10,772 nucleotides of DNA from Deinococcaceae bacterium (GTDB lineage: Bacteria > Deinococcota > Deinococci > Deinococcales > Trueperaceae), in assembly GCA_040256005.1 (NCBI GenBank), contig JBDZWC010000101.1, positions 1 to 10,772 of the forward strand, in the 5' to 3' direction. The translations under genes and the position numbers were made by a program. A model generated the notes under the pieces. The model saw nothing but the letters and a program-made list of their open reading frames with translations. It ran no database searches and was not told the origin of the DNA. This document shows positions 6,376 to 10,772 of this stretch, piece by piece; position 1 is the first letter of the stretch, and each line of letters opens with the position of its first letter.

Positions 6376-8468
6376 GGCGTCGGGTCCACTACCTGCGTTG
6401 GAACGTGGCTGGCCGCCGAACCGCCGGTGCCCAGCTGACCCGCCGAGCCCTGCCCCCAACAGTAGGACGTGGCGTCAGCCGCGATGGCGCACACGTGATT
6501 GAAGCCGATGGTTACGGCGTCAAAGCCGAGTCCACCTGACACCAGGACGGGGACGTTGCTGTTCGCGGTCTGGCCGTTACCCAGCTTGCCGCTGGCGCCT
6601 TCGCCCCAGCAGTAGGTGTCTCCGTTCGTGGTGATGCCGCATGTGTTGTGACCCCCCGCCGCGATTGACTGGAACTCGTGTCCACCGCTGACCACCACGG
6701 GCTCATGACCGGTGGCCGTCGCACCGTTTCCCAGTTGGCCCGACGTACCGAACCCCCAACAATAGGTGGCGCCGTCCGTGCTGATGCCACAAGTGTGTGC
6801 GGTACCGGCGGCAAGCGCAACGAACTGATATCCCGGGACCCTAAAAGGAACGCTGCTACCGAGTCCCGAAGGCATCCCCAGTCGCCCGTAGAGCCCATTA
6901 CCCCAGCAGTAGACTGTGCCGTCGACGGCCAGAGCACATGTGTGCTCGTCTCCGGCGGTGATGGACTGGTAGGTGTGACCATCGGATACCGCTACCGGGC
7001 TACTACTACTGAAGTTGTTACCACTACCCAGTTTTCCTGTAGCGCCGTCGCCCCAGCAGTAGGCGGCGCCGTCAACATCGATCGCGCAAGTGTGCGAACC
7101 GCCCGCAGCTACGTCCTCGAAGACGGTCGTGCCCGATACCTTGACAGGCACCGCGCTATCCGTCGTCGAGTCGTTGCCTAACCGGCCGTTGAGGCCCCTT
7201 CCCCAGCAGTACGCGGCGCCATCCACGGCCACCCCGCAGGCATGCTCACTTCCTGCTGAGATCGTGGCGAGGTCATGGCCTCCCGAGACGCCGGTCGGGA
7301 GGTTCCTGTCGGACGTCGAACCCTCGCCTATTTGACCAAAGCCGCCTTCCCCCCAGCAGAAGGCTGCGCCGTCCCACTCGACTCCACAGGAGAAACTGAA
7401 CCCGGCAGTAAGCGCCGTGAACCCGCTCGAAGCCTGCTCAATCACCGACAGGCCAATCGATTCGCGGCTCTCGTTGCCCGCCGTATCCGCGGCCACTACC
7501 ACCAGGTCATACGCGCGTACCACCGTCGGCGTCCACACGACGCTCCAGACGTTCGGCTGTCGGCTGGTATCGATGGAGGCCGAACCGACCTGGACGGGGC
7601 CGTCGAAGAGGATGACGCTGGCGACCTCAGTTTGCAGCTCGCTGACGGTCCCCGTAATGCTCAGAGCGTCGCCCGACTCGATCTCGGCGGGCACATCCTC
7701 TATCGTCAAGAGTGGCGGGATGAGATCGACCCCGACTGGGCCTGCATATTGACTACAGACCTCGTTAGGCGCCAACTCCAACGACTCGTTGAAGACGGAG
7801 GCGTCGGCCAAGCTGGTCACTGACACGGAGACCGTCATCCATCTGCACTCGACCCCGAACCGGACGCCCAATTTGCTTTCTGCAAACACCTCGGTGTGGA
7901 CGTCGTACCAGACCTCGTAGTCGCTCGTCGGTACGAAGAGATCTGTGCGGCCGGGAGGATGCACCACGAGGCCAACATCCACGATCTGGTTCGGCATGAC
8001 GCTCGCCGGAGTTGTCAGATCGACCGAACCTATTAACGTAACGAGTGGAAGGTCGATGGTCGTGGGTTCGGTGACATCGACACCCAAGGAACCTGTGGCG
8101 AGGATGTTCCCGCTCGGCCCTTCCCGACCAGTGGCGTCGAACTGGTACGTGTCCCTTGGCAAGTGAAGCGTGACAGGACCGTCGGTCAGGACTACGGGCC
8201 CCTCATCGAATTCAATCAGGTTCCCCTCGCCATCGAAGAAGAGCTCCCGGTCAGCGGTGAACACTCGAAGCTCCACGGTCGTGACGCCAACGGCGCCGCC
8301 AGGACCTGACGGCACGCCTGCAGGAGCAATACCCTCGCCCATGTCCACGTGAAAGGACACAGCGACCGTTCCCTCGGGAGAGCCGGGTCCTCCGCACGCG
8401 ACGAGCCCTACCAGGGCAGCGCTGACGAGGAGCGCCAGGCGGCCGAACGTATTCACGCGATCGACCAT
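6372..8468 (-). CDS. Lipoprotein: conserved N-terminal stalk + Ig-like domain + 7-bladed RCC1/BLIP-II-like beta-propeller (paralog B)
   Basis: Signal MVDRVNTFGRLALLVSAALVGLVAC (lipobox LVAC). Ig-like motif YDLVVVAADTAGN. Seven CWG repeats. Collinear with 4222..6375. Confidence 0.9.
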   Translation of the reverse strand: MVDRVNTFGRLALLVSAALVGLVACGGPGSPEGTVAVSFHVDMGEGIAPAGVPSGPGGAVGVTTVELRVFTADRELFFDGEGNLIEFDEGPVVLTDGPVTLHLPRDTYQFDATGREGPSGNILATGSLGVDVTEPTTIDLPLVTLIGSVDLTTPASVMPNQIVDVGLVVHPPGRTDLFVPTSDYEVWYDVHTEVFAESKLGVRFGVECRWMTVSVSVTSLADASVFNESLELAPNEVCSQYAGPVGVDLIPPLLTIEDVPAEIESGDALSITGTVSELQTEVASVILFDGPVQVGSASIDTSRQPNVWSVVWTPTVVRAYDLVVVAADTAGNESRESIGLSVIEQASSGFTALTAGFSFSCGVEWDGAAFCWGEGGFGQIGEGSTSDRNLPTGVSGGHDLATISAGSEHACGVAVDGAAYCWGRGLNGRLGNDSTTDSAVPVKVSGTTVFEDVAAGGSHTCAIDVDGAAYCWGDGATGKLGSGNNFSSSSPVAVSDGHTYQSITAGDEHTCALAVDGTVYCWGNGLYGRLGMPSGLGSSVPFRVPGYQFVALAAGTAHTCGISTDGATYCWGFGTSGQLGNGATATGHEPVVVSGGHEFQSIAAGGHNTCGITTNGDTYCWGEGASGKLGNGQTANSNVPVLVSGGLGFDAVTIGFNHVCAIAADATSYCWGQGSAGQLGTGGSAASHVPTQVVDPTP
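6375..7421 (-). repeat. Seven tandem RCC1-like repeats (150-bp period, one 147-bp unit)
   Basis: CWG anchors near 6454, 6604, 6754, 6901, 7051, 7201 and 7351. Confidence 0.9.
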
Positions 8469-8473
8469 GTCAA

Positions 8474-9550
8474 TCAGTCCCCGGGGACTGCGATCAGTTG
8501 AATGGTTGGCGTACGACGCTGGTTGCCCGCGTCATCGGTGGCGACCACCGTGACGTTGTAAGTCCGGTGATCCTGGAACAGGTTGCCTTCCAGTACCCAC
8601 TTGCCCATCGGGTCTGGATCCACCTGATCGAGAAGCGTCGCATTGCCCACCAACTTGACGCCCTCGTAGACCTCGACCGTTGCAACTCCTCCATCGTCGC
8701 TTACGAAGCCCTCAAGGTGGACAGTCTCGGTCTCCCCGGTGACGATCTCCTGCCCGGTCGTGTAGGACAAGAAGTCCACGTACGGAGGGACGAGGTCGAC
8801 GTTGATAGTTCCGTCGCTCGTTGGACAGGTCTCCTCCAGAGGGATGTTCAGTGAGGCGGATGCCTGCAGCGTTCCGATTTCGACCTGGCCAGCCTTGTAG
8901 ACCTCTGCGAATATGTCGATCGCCTCACATTGGGCGACCACACGGATCCCAAGATCGCTCGACTCAGCGGACTCCGCTCCCGGATAATCGTAGGTGGCGT
9001 CGAAGTCGGTAGTTGGTACGACCAGATCAGATCGCACAGGTGGCGTGACGGTCAGGTAGACGTCGAAGACCTGGTTCGGTAAGACCTCTTGGGGCCCAGT
9101 GAGTAGTGCATCGCCGATGCGGCTTACTAGGGGCACGAGTACCGAGGTATCTCCCGTGATCGAGAGATTCCCGACGCTGCCGTCCGCAAGAGCGTTGTCG
9201 TCGTCGTCCATGCCTGCAACGAAGAAGTCGTAGACACCGTGAACGAGCTTTAGCGTCCGGCTGCTATCTCCGGATGTGAGCACGATGTCGGCGCCGGTCT
9301 GGACCTCGTTACCGGACTCGTCGTAGTAGACCTGGACACCGTCCCGGAAGATCGTCAGTATCGCTTGAGTCACACCAGGCGCGCCGTTCGGGAAAGCCGG
9401 GGCTCCCGCGGGGCTAAGAGAACCGCCGCCACCGCCAATCCGCGAGCCAACCACGACCTCGGCGACCTGGCTCGAGTCAGTCTGCTGTGACCCACATGCC
9501 GCCAAGACGACCGTCAACGCGAACGTAACCAGCAACCTAAGTCGTGACAT
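8474..9550 (-). CDS. Lipoprotein: stalk + Ig-like domain only, no propeller (paralog A)
   Basis: RBS GGAGG (9560-9556) precedes ATG 9550. Signal MSRLRLLVTFALTVVLAAC (lipobox LAAC). Shares PAG.P...GA.GVT, LA.GS, VPL/LPL, PN...DV.L.V.PP.R.DL.VPT.D, ES.LG.R...C, VDL.PP and VVA.D.AGN with the two downstream genes. Confidence 0.87.
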   Translation of the reverse strand: MSRLRLLVTFALTVVLAACGSQQTDSSQVAEVVVGSRIGGGGGSLSPAGAPAFPNGAPGVTQAILTIFRDGVQVYYDESGNEVQTGADIVLTSGDSSRTLKLVHGVYDFFVAGMDDDDNALADGSVGNLSITGDTSVLVPLVSRIGDALLTGPQEVLPNQVFDVYLTVTPPVRSDLVVPTTDFDATYDYPGAESAESSDLGIRVVAQCEAIDIFAEVYKAGQVEIGTLQASASLNIPLEETCPTSDGTINVDLVPPYVDFLSYTTGQEIVTGETETVHLEGFVSDDGGVATVEVYEGVKLVGNATLLDQVDPDPMGKWVLEGNLFQDHRTYNVTVVATDDAGNQRRTPTIQLIAVPGD

Positions 9551-9617
9551 CTTCCCCTCCATCGCCTCTTAAGGCACGAACTCAAAGGACTTCAGCGGCA
9601 GGGATACGACTTCGCCT

Positions 9618-9654
9618 CCGTCCAAGGCCCGTCCGACTGAACAGGATCGGACGG
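9618..9654. promoter_or_regulatory. Candidate operator in the divergent intergenic region
   Basis: CCGTCC direct repeat at 9618-9623 and 9629-9634 (11-bp period), plus a perfect inverted repeat CCGTCCGA (9629-9636) / TCGGACGG (9647-9654). Confidence 0.4.
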
Positions 9655-9735
9655 CCCACTACACCGCCAATCGAGTAACCAGCGGACATATGCCACGTCG
9701 ATACGGTCTGGTACGGCGATACCCTGTCACCACAA

Positions 9736-10772
9736 ATGCATCTGAGAACGTTGGGGGAGCTGGTCCTCGAGGACCGGGGTCTGCGCAGACCCAAGCCTTT
9801 GTTGCTGCTTGCCTACTTGGCGCTAGAGGGTTCCAAGCCCAGGCAGTTCCTGGCCGAGCTCTTCTTCCTGGGCTCCGCAGACCCGATGGACGCCCTGACG
9901 ACCACGTTGCGACGTCTGAGGCCCACGGGAACGACTGCGGAGAGCAGCGGCCAGATCTCATGTGTAGCGAGCTGCGACGCCAAGTTGCTGCTCCAGCACC
10001 TCGACCAAGGAGCGTCCGAAGTCGCGCTCGAGCTCTACACCGGGCCCTTCCTGCCGGCGTTACCAATCTCGTTGGGCCCGGAGTTGGAAGAGTGGGTCTA
10101 CGGGACGAGGGAGTTTATCGCCCAGCGCGTGCGTCAGGTGGCGCTGCGGGCCGCGGAAGCTGCTGCCGCCGTTGGCGACTCGGCCAAGGCTCGGCGTCTC
10201 GCAGCGGACGCGTACGTCGTCGCCGGAGCGCCGGAACCTAACCCGGATGACCTGCGCAGGATGCTTCGTATCCTGGCCGGCTCCGAGTCGAACGTCGCCG
10301 AGCAGGTAAGAGCCGCTGCACGCCAGCTTGCCATGGATCTCGAGCCTTTCGGGCCTTCCGCTACCCCGATGCGACAAAAACCAATCATCGCCGCGCTACC
10401 TGAGCCACCCACCTCGCTCGTCGGGCGTGACGAGGAACTTATCGAGCTCTCGCGTCTCATGAGCCTCGGGACGTGCCGCCTGTTGACGATCCACGGGCCA
10501 CCGGGAGCCGGCAAGACCCGGCTGGCCGTCCAGGCAGCAGCGGACCTGGCGCAGTCGTCCGCGTTCCCAGACGGCATCGCCTTCGTCGCCACGGAGGACC
10601 TGACAGAGGTCGACCAGCTACCCACGGCCGTTCTCGAGGCGATGGGCGCTGGACCCGCTGGAAGCGATGGTGGAGACTGGCGTGACCTAGCGGATGCGCT
10701 CGGCACTCTAGACGTCCTCGTCATCCTCGACAGCTTCGAGCACCTCGTCGGCGCGGCTTCCAAGCTGCGCGA
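9736..10772 (+). CDS. AfsR/SARP-like transcriptional regulator: winged HTH + BTAD-like domain + NB-ARC/STAND ATPase (3' truncated by the window)
   Basis: Hand translation from ATG 9736, open to the window end: MHLRTLGELVL...RPKPLLLLAYLALEG...FLAELFF...LRRLR; ALELYTGPFL...ELEEWVYGTRE (BTAD-like); LPEPPTSLVGRDEEL; Walker A GPPGAGKT (10495-10518); FPDGIAFV; Walker B LVILDSFEH (10717-10743). It is absent from the ORF track because it has no stop codon in the window. Confidence 0.92.
   Translation, partial: MHLRTLGELVLEDRGLRRPKPLLLLAYLALEGSKPRQFLAELFFLGSADPMDALTTTLRRLRPTGTTAESSGQISCVASCDAKLLLQHLDQGASEVALELYTGPFLPALPISLGPELEEWVYGTREFIAQRVRQVALRAAEAAAAVGDSAKARRLAADAYVVAGAPEPNPDDLRRMLRILAGSESNVAEQVRAAARQLAMDLEPFGPSATPMRQKPIIAALPEPPTSLVGRDEELIELSRLMSLGTCRLLTIHGPPGAGKTRLAVQAAADLAQSSAFPDGIAFVATEDLTEVDQLPTAVLEAMGAGPAGSDGGDWRDLADALGTLDVLVILDSFEHLVGAASKLR

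Noticed and set aside
6376..6459. N-terminal extension of the 745-aa ORF
   Set aside because: It overlaps the end of the upstream paralog; the ATGA-coupled start at 6375 is more plausible.
4225..7421. Diversity-generating retroelement acting on the propeller repeats
   Set aside because: There is no reverse transcriptase or non-coding template repeat in the window, and differences between repeats are not confined to adenines.
4795..8352. Several + strand ORFs within the lipoprotein genes
   Set aside because: They are antisense shadows, and their apparent periodicity comes from the RCC1-like repeats.
9551..9562. Start at 9562 (MEGK...) for paralog A
   Set aside because: These bases contain the GGAGG RBS for ATG 9550.
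9582..10763. Track ORFs 9582..9794, 9659..10066, 9690..10241, 10060..10377, 10134..10763 and 10473..10685
   Set aside because: They are alternative-frame or antisense shadows of the regulator that starts at 9736.

Overview
High-GC bacterial window. The gene style (signal peptides ending ...AQ, a BTAD/STAND regulator, Ig-like lipoproteins) suggests Deinococcota such as Trueperaceae, but this is an inference. Left part, + strand, host-like codon usage: a secreted clan GH-A glycoside hydrolase translationally coupled to a GH1 beta-glucosidase, then a secreted trypsin-like protease with a PPC-like C-terminal domain, a hairpin and tRNA-Arg(CCT). This tRNA has only 3 Watson-Crick pairs in its anticodon stem. 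Right part: composition changes directly after the tRNA. A - strand operon encodes three paralogous lipoproteins sharing a ~340-aa stalk that ends in an Ig-like domain. One is stalk-only and two carry 7-bladed RCC1/BLIP-II-like propellers with highly variable loop residues. Divergent from this operon is a SARP/BTAD + NB-ARC (STAND) regulator that runs off the window and is missing from the ORF track. The best candidate for an undescribed system is this regulator plus the 'stalk + variable propeller' surface-lipoprotein module next to the tRNA.
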